Positions 16,709 through 29,586 of a stretch of DNA of 64,000 bases are shown piece by piece; the stretch's first letter is position 1; each line of letters starts with the position of its first letter. Position numbers and translations under genes: made by a program. The stretch comes from Haliotis rubra (taxonomy: Eukaryota), in NCBI RefSeq assembly GCF_003918875.1, contig NW_025765481.1, positions 1,178,001 to 1,242,000 on the forward strand, written 5' to 3'. Under the pieces are notes generated by a model that saw nothing but the letters and a program-made list of their open reading frames with translations, was not told where the DNA came from and made no database searches.

Positions 16709-18227
16709 TACTGAGTCAAAAAGAAACTTCACATTCTTTCTTCAGGGCACTATAAAGAACAAGAGATGGTAAGATGGTTAAATTGTTATTATTTCATTGC
16801 TGAGATCTGTGTGATGTACTCGATACACTGACAGTGCCATAATCAGTTCCATTAGGCTACACCGCCGTTCCAAAACATGGGTATACAGAATGTCAAGTCA
16901 CAAGAATAAAAATGCAGAAATTTCTCAGTTCAATATCGTGTATGGCCGCCCCGCGCATTCACCACTGCCAAACACCGTCTCCTCATCGACTGCCTGATGC
17001 TTGTGAACACGTGGTTGGGGATTCTGCGCCATTGCTCTTGCAAGGCAGCGCCAAGTTCCTGCAAATTCTGAGGTTGGTTCCTAAGACCACGAAGCCTTCT
17101 CCCAAGTGCATCCCAAACGTGCTCTATTGGATTAAGGTCAGGGGACCTCGATGGCCAGTCCATGACGTTGATTCCAGCGTTTTGAAGGAAATTTCGTGTC
17201 AACATCGCGGTATGCGGCCGAGCATTATCATGCTGGAACTGTAGACCTGGGCCATGAGCCGCCATGAAGGAACGAGTTCAGGGGTGAGCACCTGGTCGCG
17301 GTAAGCAGCAGCTGTGAGGTTTCCACGGATGACCAGAAGTCGGGAACGGTTGTTCCCACAGAAACCACCCCACACCATGCAACTTCCGCCCCCGAATCTG
17401 TCGACTTCCTGTACACAACATTGGGCATACCGTTCACGACGTCGTCTCCAGACTCTATGCCTGCCGTCCGCGAATCTGAGGGTAAACCTGGATTCATCGC
17501 TAAAGACGACTCGATTCCAGTCTCTCTGGGTCCATCGGAGGTGACGTTGGGCCCACAGCAGACGTTGACGTTGATGAAACGGCGTCAATATTGGCCCACG
17601 ATATGGACGTCGAGAATGGAGATTGGCAGCCCGCAACCGATTTCGAATGGTCTGTGAGGACAGTCGACCTCTAAACTTATCTCAGCCCTGGTTCGTGTAG
17701 CCGGCAGAAATCTGTCACGTAGGTGACGTAGGACGATTGACGGTCTTCGTGTGACGACGTGGACGACCCTTGGGCGATCGGAAGTGGTGCCAGTTTGTTG
17801 TAGACGACTTCGCAAGTCAAACACAGTACGACGGCTGCATCCCATTGCTCTTGCGACGTCAATAACTGATCTTCCCGCTTGCAACATGCCAACGGCACGT
17901 TCACGTTGCACATTTGACAATTGTGGCATTTCAAGTACCGTTAGAACTGTGGTTTAAAAGTGTTTTTAAATTCTTGAGGCCAATGCAAACACGTGCATAT
18001 GAAGAAAACTTCGATGCGAAGATCACGTGATCGACTGCACGTGCAAAACCTGATTTGGCACTAACGTCATTTGCACGACGATTGGATGGGTTTGAGTGGG
18101 TTTTGCTAACGTTTTTCTAGAGTCGAAAGGTAGGGATCCCATTTCGGATACATAGATGTATCATCAGAGAAACATTATTCATTATTTTTCAAATTACATT
18201 TTGTGAAGTTTCTTTTTGACTCCAGTA
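16709..18227 (-). mobile_element. Tc1 (DD34E) DNA transposon, different subfamily, frameshifted transposase 17929-16930
   Basis: TIR tactg(g)agtcaaaaagaaacttcaca, TA TSD. ORF pieces MPQLSNVQRERAVGML..., VFSDESRF, QHDNARPH...SPDLNPIEHVW...GGHTRY. Confidence 0.95.
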
Positions 18228-18621
18228 TAGTTTGGATTGAAGTAATAGGGGCCATTGGAATATATATATTCCAGTATACTGAAGGAACCCTGTGATAAAA
18301 CAGCAATGTACATACTTCAAAATATTTAAGGTTTAAATGTTTAAGATGAGCAAGTTTAAAAGTAGTTAGAATTTATCATTACTCTATGTGGTCTGAGATA
18401 AAGTATCATAACCGCGATCGATGATGTTTTTTCATTCTCAAAGGCCACTTCAAGTGCCAGTGGTCTGAAAATAGAGTCACGTCATTAGCTGCTGCGAGAC
18501 TCGAGCCGCTAGTAATTTGCGGAGATGGAACGCCCTTCGCATACAAACCCTATCCATGTATTGAAATTGTCTGCTATTATTCTAGAGTCTCAAATATATT
18601 TGTACTTGTTTATAAACAATA

Positions 18622-18782
18622 GGGGCGGTGGGTAGCCTAGTGGTTAAAGCGTTTGCTCATCACGCCGAAGGCCCGGGTTCGATTCCCCACATGGGTACAA
18701 TGTGTGAAGCCCATTTCTTGTGTCCCCCGCAAGGGTAATGCTGGAATAATGCTAAAAGCGGCGTAAAACCCAACTCGCTCAC
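18622..18782 (+). mobile_element. SINE family A, full length
   Basis: Consensus match with TSD tataaacaata. Confidence 0.92.
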
Positions 18783-19551
18783 TATAAACAATATAATCAG
18801 ATAGTGCCTTAATCATCTCGACAAAACACAACCGGTCACTCACAGCTGGCTCAAGACACATTAACACAACATAATATAATACTACTTTGGTGACTTTACT
18901 GATGAATCACAGTAATTTTACAATGTGAGTGACTGAGTTACGTTTTCCGCCGCTTTTAGCAATATTCCAGCAATTTCACGTCGGAGGACACCAGAAATGG
19001 GCCTCACACATTGTATCCAGTAATATGACAATGACGCAATATTTTCCTTACCTTTATTTCGTTGGGAATCCATTCGAAAGTTGGCCTGTCACTCAACCAA
19101 ATCAATAAAGCTGGATAAGATCTATTCAAACAACCAGTTACGCAGTGGATGTGGTAATTTGGCAGAGCGTGGCAAGCGATCGACTTCTTGTTCTGAGGAA
19201 TGACGATTGTCTATGACGTCACAATTGTCGTAGCCATGTCATCCTTCTTCAAAGCTAACCGAAGTTTTGAAGTTTCGTAACTTACATGTCCACATCAACA
19301 CTCAAGGTTAAAAAAAATACGTTCTTGGTGCAGTATCATATTGTCCTGAAATTTACATTGTACACCCAGCAACCTTTCAGCCCTCAAAGCTGGGGCAAAG
19401 TGTCAGATTCACGATGATTTCCGAACACACAATGACGTCATTTTCGTTCTGACGTCACAATCTATCCTACAAGAGAGTCCCTGGCATAACTTGATTTGGA
19501 CTGGGACAGTGGCCGTTCCGCACCTGTTATACGCCGCTTTCAGAAATAATA

Positions 19552-20660
19552 AACTCTGTCAAAAAAAGAAACGCAACCCCTGTCCTCAGATATGAAAAAT
19601 TCGTTTGAATGAAGTTATTGCTTCCAAACTAAATGTTATTCGAATGTATTGAAATTATACACGTAATTAATGAAGATTACCATCCAAACAACTGCATTTG
19701 TACGCATAAGTGTATTTTTATTGCTTATTCCGTCACAACGCATGAAATGACCCTCATGGTGACTTCGCAAAAAAACACATGCAAATCATGAAAATGGCAG
19801 TTAATGTAGGGTGTATATAAAGCCCATGTGCTTTCGTATTATATTCATTCATTTGTCGCATGAAAGCTGTGTGAAAAATGCCACAATTGAGTGCTGCCGA
19901 CCGAAATATCGCCATTGTCGTCGTGTTCAAGCCGGAGAAAGTTTTCGGAACTGTTGCACGGCACCTAAATGTTCACAAAACAACGATATCCCGACTTTGG
20001 AGCCGCTACAACAACTTCAATTTGACCAACGATCGCCCGAGAAGTGGAAGGCCAAGAATCACGACCCCCCTTCAAGATCGGTACATCCGGGTCCATCACC
20101 TGCGTAATCGGCATGCCCTACCAACCGTGACTGCCACACAAATACCAGGTTTGAGGAGAGTGTCAGCTCAAACGATTAGGAACCGTCTGAAAGAAGCGGG
20201 TTTACGTGCCTGTAGACCAGTTGTTGGACCTGTACTACGCCCCCTATCATCCGCCGACGACTCAGGTGGTGCAACAACGTAAGGATATGGACTTTACAAA
20301 ACTGGAGGCGCATCTGGTTTTCTGATGAATCCCGTTTTCTTTTGCAACATCACGACGGAAGAAAACGTGTGTATAGGAGACGTCATGAACGTTTTGCGCC
20401 CATCTGCGTCCGACAGGGGGGACAGATTTGGCGGAGAAAGCGTTATGGTTTGGGGATCCATCTCATACAACCAGAAATCAGACTTGGTGATCGTTGAAGG
20501 GAACCTGACAGCCCAACGTTACATCAACCACGTATTACAGCCTCACCTTCTCCCCGATTATTGACCAACAGACACAGATTTTTCAACCAGACAACGCCCG
20601 GCCTCATACTGATCCGGCGTCTTATCCGTTCTTGTCAAGGAGATGCCGTGCAGTATTGCA
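19552..20660 (+). mobile_element. Tc1 transposon, 3'-truncated and internally deleted, inserted in a minus-strand SINE A
   Basis: Left TIR ta|aactctgtcaaaaaaagaaacgca. ORFs 19878-20282 and 20325-20564 are homologous to the other Tc1 copies. SINE A fragments on both sides (19528-19549 and 20661-20780). Confidence 0.88.
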
Positions 20661-21569
20661 GCCAGCAATATCACGGCGGCGGACAACAGACATAGTCTTG
20701 TAAATAATTGCGGGGAATCGAGCGAACGCTTTTTTTAGTTTTTTCCCCGCGGCCCAACTTCCCTCCCAACTTATCCCCGCCCCAAAAAACTTTCTTTGCT
20801 GTATCTAATATATAGACAGTTTGCTATAATTTCATTAGTCTTATCATGAAAATCCTAAGATGTAAAATTGTATTACTCCTCACCAGTACTCTACTCTGGG
20901 TGCTGTGGTAGTTACGATGAACATGTCATGATCTTTCACAAGTTTACCGTCGTTTTCTTTTAATTTCTTAATTTGTTTCAGTGAATTATTCTCTCTTCTC
21001 CCAAGTCAGAATGAACAATACACAAATATTAACTGGACTTATGTTTTAATATTTGAACGAGTATCCCTATTTCACATAAAAATAATTCATGACATCTGAA
21101 CGTAAGATTACAACTCTTTCGATTGCCATTTTTGACCGTTTTCTGTAGTCGTTGTTGACGTCGTCACATCTGCCGGACTCCGAAGACTGTCGTGTAGAAC
21201 GAAAAGATTATGGGTCTGTTAATTACACGTTTCATCCATGGAGCTTGATAAATTTCAACAATACCCATTCGTCACCACCGGTACATGTCGTTAACCGTCT
21301 AGCACCCGTTCCATGACGCGATCGTAGCGCTAAGGATATCGTAAGTCCTACTCTGTCGTAGCTGTATGGAACGGAATCCTGGTCCCGGAAAACAGAAGTG
21401 GTCACGGATGTCAGAAGTGTCATCTGAAAAGACCCATCGACTTTTTCCTGGTGAAAATGGACCCTTTAGCAGTTACGGAAAGCAGGCTGGAAGCAAAAGT
21501 GCTAGTTCTGTCTATGGCGTCATGACGAAGGTGACGTCATGATTTGTTTGATTTCCAACGTCAGTGTGA

Positions 21570-22360
21570 TAGACATTGACATAGACAATACTTTATTACC
21601 TTAAAATTTGGATCACAGAGCTTGACAAAAATACAAATGAATAAAACATAAAATATGAAATTGCTAAGAACATAAAAGGAGATAAATATGTGCTTAAATA
21701 TAATTAAATGAATAAAATGATAACTGGACATTCACCATTTTGTAAAAATGACAATACTTTGAGGTACAAAAGACGTTCGAGCTTGTTCAGTCTTCGTGAT
21801 TGGCACTGTATAGCGGCGGCCCAAAGGTAAAAGCTTATACTCTAGATTTAAAAAAATGTGTTGTGTCATTAATGATTTGTTCAGACGTTGAAAGTACTTG
21901 CCGCTCATAGAGAAGTGAAAGATTATCGAAAGTAACCCCGGCTGTTTTACTAGCTGTATTTACAATTTTGTTAAGTTTTGATTTGTTTTTGACTGAAAGA
22001 GACTCGAACCCGCACTGAGAAGAAAAAGTGAGTATACTCTGAATAAAAGTGGTATAAAACAACATCATAACAGAATTCTGACACCTTAAAATATCGCAGT
22101 TTGCGCATTAGATAGAGGCGTTGTTGACATTTACTATACACTGGCTGACTGAGCATGGTTTTACGCCGCTTTTAGCAATATTCCAGCAACATCACGGCGG
22201 GGGACACAAGAAATGGGCTTCACACATTGTACCCATGTGGGGATTCGAACCCGGGTCTTCAGCGTGACGAGCCAACGCTTTAACCACTAGGCTACCCCAC
22301 CGCCCCTTTTACTGTACAGGGCTTCTGTGTTGGTATTCCACGTTAACCTGCTATCAATAA
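21570..22360 (-). mobile_element. 3' fragment of a non-LTR retrotransposon (L2/Rex-like RT C-terminus)
   Basis: YSKCQQRLYLMRKLRYFKVS / FYTTFIQSILTF...KLNKIVNTASK. 3' end has AATAAA followed by a short-repeat tail (21570-21598). Interrupted by SINE A. Confidence 0.8.
22141..22306 (-). mobile_element. SINE family A nested in the LINE fragment
   Basis: Full consensus on the minus strand. TSD tttact(a/g)taca. Confidence 0.9.
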
Positions 22361-22670
22361 AATACTTTGACCCTAAACACCCGGAGCACTACTTCACAGT
22401 GTTTCTCGACTTAACTTCATATTAAGCTACGAAAGAAAAAAATATTATGTGGATAAAAATGCTAACGGAACGCTTCTCAATTTTGGTTAGCTCAGTAGGA
22501 TGTCGTCATGGCGCTCACTACATTGTGACGTCATAGACAATCGTCATTCAGCAGACAAGTCGATCTCCTGCCACGCTCCCCCAAATCACTATTTCCACCG
22601 AGTGATTGGTTGTTTGAAAGGGTGTTAACCTACTGAAGCTGTTTTGGTTGGCTGACTGATTAACTTTTGA

Positions 22671-25251
22671 ATGGATTCTAAAAGAATTAACGGTAAGAAC
22701 TTGCAAGATTTACGTGTAATTTTGTGTTGTTATCGTTCTGTATTACCAGTACAAAGTAAATGTACTTAATGATTTCACTGTAACGTCAACAAATGAAACG
22801 TAGCATACGATAATGTATCAGATTATCTTTTCATATTGTTCTGAGGACATTTTAGCACTGTGTGATAAATTTTCATTGATTTCTGAATCTTTCGCCAAGT
22901 GACCACTGGCACCTGAACACGCCTCTAAGAATAAAGAATGTTTATTTCTAATCACGGATGTATTGAGTTACTCAACAGAAAGATCCCCATTTCAATGTTA
23001 AAAGATTTCTTTTTACAAAAGTAAATGTTTTGTAATAAGTTAATGTTTTCCATTGAGTACTCACTGTGCTCACCGTCACGATAAGCACCGTCAGATAAGA
23101 TCTGAAAGAATTCAGAATATTGAATTGCCGCTGTTAGATCAAATACCAAGTAACATTTATGGGTATTTAGATACATTGAGTGGCAAAGAAACTCCATGTA
23201 AACCTCGCGGTTGATTTATCATATATCTATTTTCAATTGGAAAGCGAGCTACATTGTAACCTCCTGCCCCTCAAGTAAACACAAAAAGGAAAAGGAAACT
23301 TTAGGCTCTTGATTAACATTCCAAGAATTTTCATTAGTTTTAAATATATATATTCTTTTCCACATATTACGAAAATATTACGAACTAGTTTAATGGTACA
23401 TTTATCATTTCACCTTTGAACATCAATGTATTTCTCTTTTTTCGTCCAAAATATTCAAAACTTACAATATAGTACATGGTTCATGCGGTAGCAAATGCAT
23501 ATTTACCCCTATCTTTTTAAACCTATTTACAGTTTACACAAACTATGAACGATGACTTATCTTATGTCAGTTCTCACATTTTTCAATTGCATAGCAAATC
23601 CTCGTCATTCAGTTTAGTACAACTGGTTTGTACAATACTGAAATATATACAAAAACGTACTGTGTGAACTAAGAGTTATACACAACGTCTTTAAGCATGA
23701 ATAGATACTAAAAGATTCAGTTCATGATACATTCTGATTTTAGTTGATGTTAAAACGAATCTTCTGACTTGATCTTTAGGAATTTAGAATATTGAAACAA
23801 CGGTGTTATGGAGAGATATGTCATACATATAGGATTCAAATGATGAGACCGAGTTTCTGATAAGTTGCGGAATATTTGTCTTCCAGGCGGCAACTGTTTC
23901 CTGTACCCAGAGACAGACTGGCCTCAAGTATACAACATGGCCGGCACGGACATGCTCCTGTTTGCTGGAAGGATGGCTTTCCGCTCCGACCTCCATCTCG
24001 CGTCCATTCATTCCGATCTCAGCGTTCCTGAAACGTGCGCTTGTCCCGTGGATGCCGCCATTATCTGGATGGAAAGACAACTTGACAATGTCAGAAAGGG
24101 TACGACTTCAAACTACCACTTAGCAATTATATATAACCGATCAATTCAAACAGTATTGTTTTTTTCTGATTTAGTTCAACCCTTTGATAAGGATATTTGA
24201 ATATAAATTGTTCTTTCCAGACCTAGAAATAATAAAGAAGACCAGTATGACGTCATCCACCCGTCCGTACCTCCCACCCTGCCTACCCGCATGAGGGGGC
24301 GTGTCGGGGTCATTGAGTACGAACTGCAGGAAGCAGAGAGACTGAGGCAGATCAGAGAGAGAAAACAGCAACGAGAGAAGCTTTGACCCAGGAGAGAGTA
24401 GTCATGAGGGAGGAGAGAGACAGGAGAGACGCTATGTCGGTTGTGGGGGTCAGGAAGAGAAAACTGGAGGAGGGGACATCATCGATGAACGTGGCGGAAA
24501 CCAGACCGAAGAGATCTCGCAAACAAAATTCCAAATATGGTATATACTTTAGTCTTTAACCGTAGTCTTTCAAGAAAGTGGTTGACTGTTCGTTGATGGT
24601 TCAGGCAGGGTATATTTTCAATCGCCGCCTTCAAAACATATATAAAACAATAAAGCAAAGATTATCCTAATGGTGCTGGAAATGGAAATAACTGTGTTCA
24701 TAGTAATATTCCGTTTAGTTCGATACATATATAGACCCAATTGCGTAGATCGATGCTCATGCTGTTGATTACCAGATTGTCTGGTCCAGACTCGATTATT
24801 TACAGACCGCCGCCATATTGCTTAGTGCGGCGTAAAGTTAAACTCACACTCACACACACACTCGATACATAGGCCGAGTGTATTGTACATTAATTGTATT
24901 CACTTGTATTCCTTCAGCCATACATATATTTAGGAATCGGACTTATTGACACTGACATGGTACCAGGGTTTCAGGATCAGTCACGGTGATGCAAAACGGA
25001 ATTCACTGACGAATATTTGCCAATTCCCCTTGTGGTTTGAAAGGCATCCTTTCACATAATGGGCAATATTAATTATATAATGTTATTTGCCATTTGTGTG
25101 AACAGCCAACGATCTGATGGCTTCAACTGAACTTCTCTCTATTGCAGACAGCGGCACCTTCCTCATCCACAACGGATCTGGCGCCTCCCGCGACACATCC
25201 AACATCGCCAACAGACTGAGGAGCAGGAGGACTTTAAAACGTGGCCACTAG
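22671..25251 (+). CDS. Orphan gene copy B (exons 22671-22692, 23887-24099, 24221-24539, 25148-25251; 3'UTR exon ~25585-25760); unknown protein with coiled-coil-like and NLS-like segments; two apparent frameshifts in exon 3
   Basis: All introns are phase 1 and GT-AG. MDSKRING-GNCFLYPETDWPQ...WMERQLDNVRK-DLEIIKKTS...PPCLP[fs]RMRGRVGVIEYELQEAERLRQIRERKQQR[fs]EALTQER...GVRKRKLEEG...RPKRSRKQNSKY-DSGTFLIHNG...RLRSRRTLKRGH*. AATAAA at 25742. Confidence 0.55.
24735..24861 (+). mobile_element. SINE family B, 5'-truncated
   Basis: 3' half of the family B consensus. TSD tcgatacata. Confidence 0.85.
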
Positions 25252-27677
25252 GTGAGTATGGACACATTACACACTTTTTGCTGAATAAATGAGAGTCAGT
25301 TTTATAAGACGAAAAGACATGTGAAATGTTGCTACTTCGTTCGTGTAGGAACATGTATTTATATACGCATATATCGTGCTGACTAAATGAAAGTCAGTTT
25401 TATACCACAAAAAGACTGAACTGTCGATGTTCGGTTAGTACAGGAGAATATGCACTTCGTGATGTATAAATGAAAGTCGGTTTCAAGTTTAGTTTTATTT
25501 CTAATCCATTTGATCATATTTACGAACATCATTCTGTACTGTGTAAGTCGCTGATACTTCATAGTTCTTTTCTTTTGTTTTCAGAAACTGGCAGCTTGAT
25601 TTGACATTCAAGATATAGTTTTAAATTTCGTCACTCTATTTTCATCGATCTGTGATTGCTCGGAAAGCCCTGTACAACTTTCTGACTTTAAAAGTCAAAT
25701 TCGTTATATATTGATAACAGTTTTACATTGGAATTGTTTTTAATAAAGAAAATGTATGAAGTTTGCCCTTAAATGTGTGTTGTTACTGTCAATACCCGAT
25801 ATAACGCAACACTTGCAGGGAGTCAGTATAAAACCTTGACTCACCGATGGTCTTATAAATCTCAACATGAGTTACATTTGTGAAGAATGTTTGGTATACT
25901 AGTATCTCGTGGGGTGTGACGATAGACAGGCGGATGAAGTAGACACTATTGCAGAGGAAACAGAGACAGACGGGCGTGCAATGAGACTTATTAAGATATG
26001 TTACGTAAAACTTTCCATTTAGCAGTAATGATAAATGGAATTTGTCTGTGAATGTTGGTATTTGGTATCGCAGTCTGAGTATCGTTTAAATGTCAGTGAC
26101 AGTGCCCAACCCGTTGTATTTACAGGCTGGAATATTTAAGTCTGCTGCTTTAATGAACTTTCACTTACTCCTAGTTCCTAAATGTACGAGTAAGACAAAA
26201 CAACGGTAAACATTTTCAAGCTATATATCTTTGGGCCTGGCTACTCTGTTTCATTTGTGACATCTTCGGACAGAGATGTATTTGTACCAGAATATTTCAA
26301 ATCAATAAATGGAAAGATATTAGATGTTTTGAAACTGATCAGGGGAGATGTTAGGGGTTCATTCCAAAACACGCACAAAAAACCCAACAACAACGGTAAG
26401 CGATGATACGTGTTCTTAACGTGATTATCGGCCAACCTAAGGCAGAAAGCAAGAAGTGTAGATCTAAAGTCGGCTTGAAATCCAGGATATCGTGTCTGAG
26501 CGGGACATCTATAGGGTATTAACTGTGGCATATCTCAGTGGACTAGCACGATATAACCGGCATCAGTTCGGACATGTAGAAAAGACACACGCACGCGCAA
26601 AAGTAACAAACCACACACAGAGACACACACACACGCACAAATGAATGCACGTCGCAATAGAGTGCATTATTCTAGAACGCGCCCAAATTATAACACATTA
26701 TGGCGAATCCCCCTAGAAACAGTAAAATATAATTCATAAATTTATCCAGCGCAGACACACCAAGATTAACCAATTCTGAGAATTATCACCAGCTTATGAA
26801 ATGACAATTTATGGTGATGGAACTTTGCTGATTATCAACAAAAGTTATTTACTTACATATATTAAACACCACATAGTAAACCGGTATTAAGCTGCAATGA
26901 TATCAAATATTGGCAACCCTGCCGTTAATGGAAAAAGAAACCACATACCAAAATATGAAAGCTACAGTATCAAAAGTAGTTTTTTATTTACCATTCTGAA
27001 AGTCGATGAGTACGTTAGAAAACGTTCAACTTCATGCAAAGCAACTTCTGGTAATTGCCATACAGCGACTTTTTTGAATCTTACACCGTTATCAACCGCT
27101 AACACCATATTAAGACTATATATACACCTCTCGTTGTGTTGACTCTCCAGCTTGTTACCTGTGTAAGCATCTACATCAATAAGCCAGAAGTTGGTATCCA
27201 AGAAGCAGTATATTTTCTTTCGTTATCAAGAGCAATAGATGTTGCATCTCTACAGCGACATCCCGTCACGGTGTTGCTGACGCCACGCTCAGCGTAAACT
27301 GCTGTCTTGTAACTCAGCCAACAGCTTGCCAGCAACCTTAACGTAGATATATAATTGAACATGGGAACTCGTTACATGGTCTACTAAAGGAATAACCCTA
27401 ATGTATGATATCCCAGTGATCCTTCAGACCAGTGTGTCTTGTGTCTTGTTGCCCAGGGGTTCGTGGACAGATCGGAGCAACGATGCTGAAAGATAACGGA
27501 TTACTTCATCGTGATATGCCGATTGTCGGGGTACCGGCGCCTCGGGAGGATACAACGAGGGAGGTGATAATGATGAAGGGACGATTAGACCCCGAATTCA
27601 GGGTCCAGTATATTACATATCATAACCGTAGTCATTTTGGTTGTAGTAGCGGTATTCGTTCTTCGAAAAACACAAAA

Positions 27678-28491
27678 ATTTCCCCTAGCAACCAAGCTGC
27701 TATGTCCACCCTAGACCAGTATCCTCCCACGTGGTATGGGGAAGTGAGACCAGCGAAGATTTAAAAGTTATTGTACATCATCAAAATCCCATGAGGATTT
27801 TACTCGCGTTAAATGAGAAAAAATAAATAACATTCACTTACTTCAAACGAACATAAAAACCGTTAAAGTAATTTCCCCTAGCAACCAAGCCGCTATGTCC
27901 ACCCTAAACCAGTATCCGCCCACGTGGTATGGGGAAGTGAGACCGATAGAGCAAACACTGTAAACTCCTGCAGTCAGGAGTGAGTGAGTGAGTGAGTGAG
28001 TGAGTTTAGTTTTAAGCCGCTTTTAGCAATATTCCAGCAATATCACGGCGGGGGACACCAGAAATGGGCTTCACACATTGTACCCATGTGGGGAATCGAA
28101 CCCGGATCTTCGGCGTGAGGAGCGAACGCTTTAACCACTAGGTTACCCCACCGCCTCTGCAGTCAGGAAATACTGTAGAGAAAAGGAGTATTGGGGTGGG
28201 AGTTTGGCCACCCAGAATTTGTGTAAAATTAGATGCTCTTAAACGCTATTTCTTTCATCTTGGAACCGTTTTGGTTTTGTTTTTATTTGTAACAAATGTT
28301 GGTAATTTGTTTATCATAATTTTAATAGTGATATGTACGTGTTCCACAAACACATATTAAAAGGATACAATTACTTAAACGGTTTTATGTTCGTTTGAAG
28401 TAAGTGAATGTTATTTATTTTTTCTCTTTTAACGCGAGTAAAATCCTCATGGGATGTGATTTGATGATGTACAATAACTTTTAAATCTTCG
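27678..28491. repeat. Local rearrangement: ~75-bp direct repeat (27678-27752 / 27871-27943) and ~120-bp inverted repeat (27754-27872 / 28369-28491)
   Basis: Near-identical sequences read directly on both strands. Confidence 0.85.
27980..28156 (-). mobile_element. SINE family A, full length
   Basis: (gagt)n tail, consensus body, perfect 12-bp TSD ctgcagtcagga. Confidence 0.95.
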
Positions 28492-29586
28492 TTGACGGTC
28501 TATATCAATAAAGTGTGTCGTGTCAACAAAGGGACATCTCTCTCTTGATGTCCAACTTGATAAACCATCTACCACTAAAATCTTAATTGCATAAAGATTC
28601 CGATTTTCATATTAGACAATAACTAAGATCTTCGACTGTGCAAAGCTTGAATTAATAATTTACTGCACAGATGGTTACTTATTGAAGATCACTTATTCTA
28701 AAAAATGAGCTTTTTTTATGTGTAAAAAAGAAACGCTGTGCCTATATTAGGCGCTAGCAATTTCTTTACTGCTACAATGGTAGTTTCACCCCTGGAGAGA
28801 ACGCAAACATCAAATGGCTGACCTAATTTTACTTCGGCTTTCTGTGTTTGAAAGTCGTGGTTTCTGCGAAGATCCAGGATAGTATTCATCTTGGTTAGGC
28901 GCGACTAACAGACTCGCATACTTCTTTGAGGCTTTCACGAGAGTTTCTACGGTCAAATAGTAAACTTTCAGGACCACACCCCCCACTACCCCCCTCTCTG
29001 GATCCGCCTATATACAGCCGACACCGAATGCCGACTTGTCTAGATTTAGCCTATATATTGCCACATCTGGCAACTTGATCTTCTAAGACATGTTATTTAC
29101 ATTTGTGCGAGAATCAACCGTTATACCTTTATAGTGATGACGATCTTTGTTATCAGTTATACGTCATTACCTCCCAGGTAAGGCTTATGAAGTTAACAAC
29201 CGATATCTCGCCTTGTTACGTCATCTCATATCAGCGTTACCTAACGCCATAGGCTACTTACGGTGGGTGGTTTAAAACGTTGGCCCTGACTTTGTAACTG
29301 CACAAATCGCACTGGGACACGGCAGGTGAGACCTTGTATTGTGTTGGTTTATTTTTGTCAATTAAATAGTAATTTTAAAAATATTATAAAACATGTGATA
29401 AACTGCGGTTAACTGTGGTCCTATGAAACACTCGGCTGTTCATTAACTTCTTTCAGTAGTATTTTAAAATGACGGATAAATTTGTTCTACGTTATGTGAA
29501 CTCTATTCCCTAAACGTGTAGAGATTTAAATTTGAGGGGTCTCACTTGTTGGTATATGCATTGGTTTGACTTTTTTTCGCGCACGC

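Larger units (their letters stand above)
14285..19073 (-). pseudogene. Orphan gene copy A (exons 19073-19052, 16501-16289, [exon 3 deleted], 14388-14285; 3'UTR exon ~13221-13060)
   Basis: Reverse complement of copy B exons with identical sizes (22, 213, 104 nt) and splice sites. Starts MDSQRNK|G. The exon 3 position is occupied by a Tc1 element. AATAAA on minus at 13076-13081. Confidence 0.65.

Noticed and set aside
26962-27201. piggyBac-like motif (FWLIDVDAYTG)
   Set aside because: Similarity too short, with no DNFF motif and no TTAA/TIR found.
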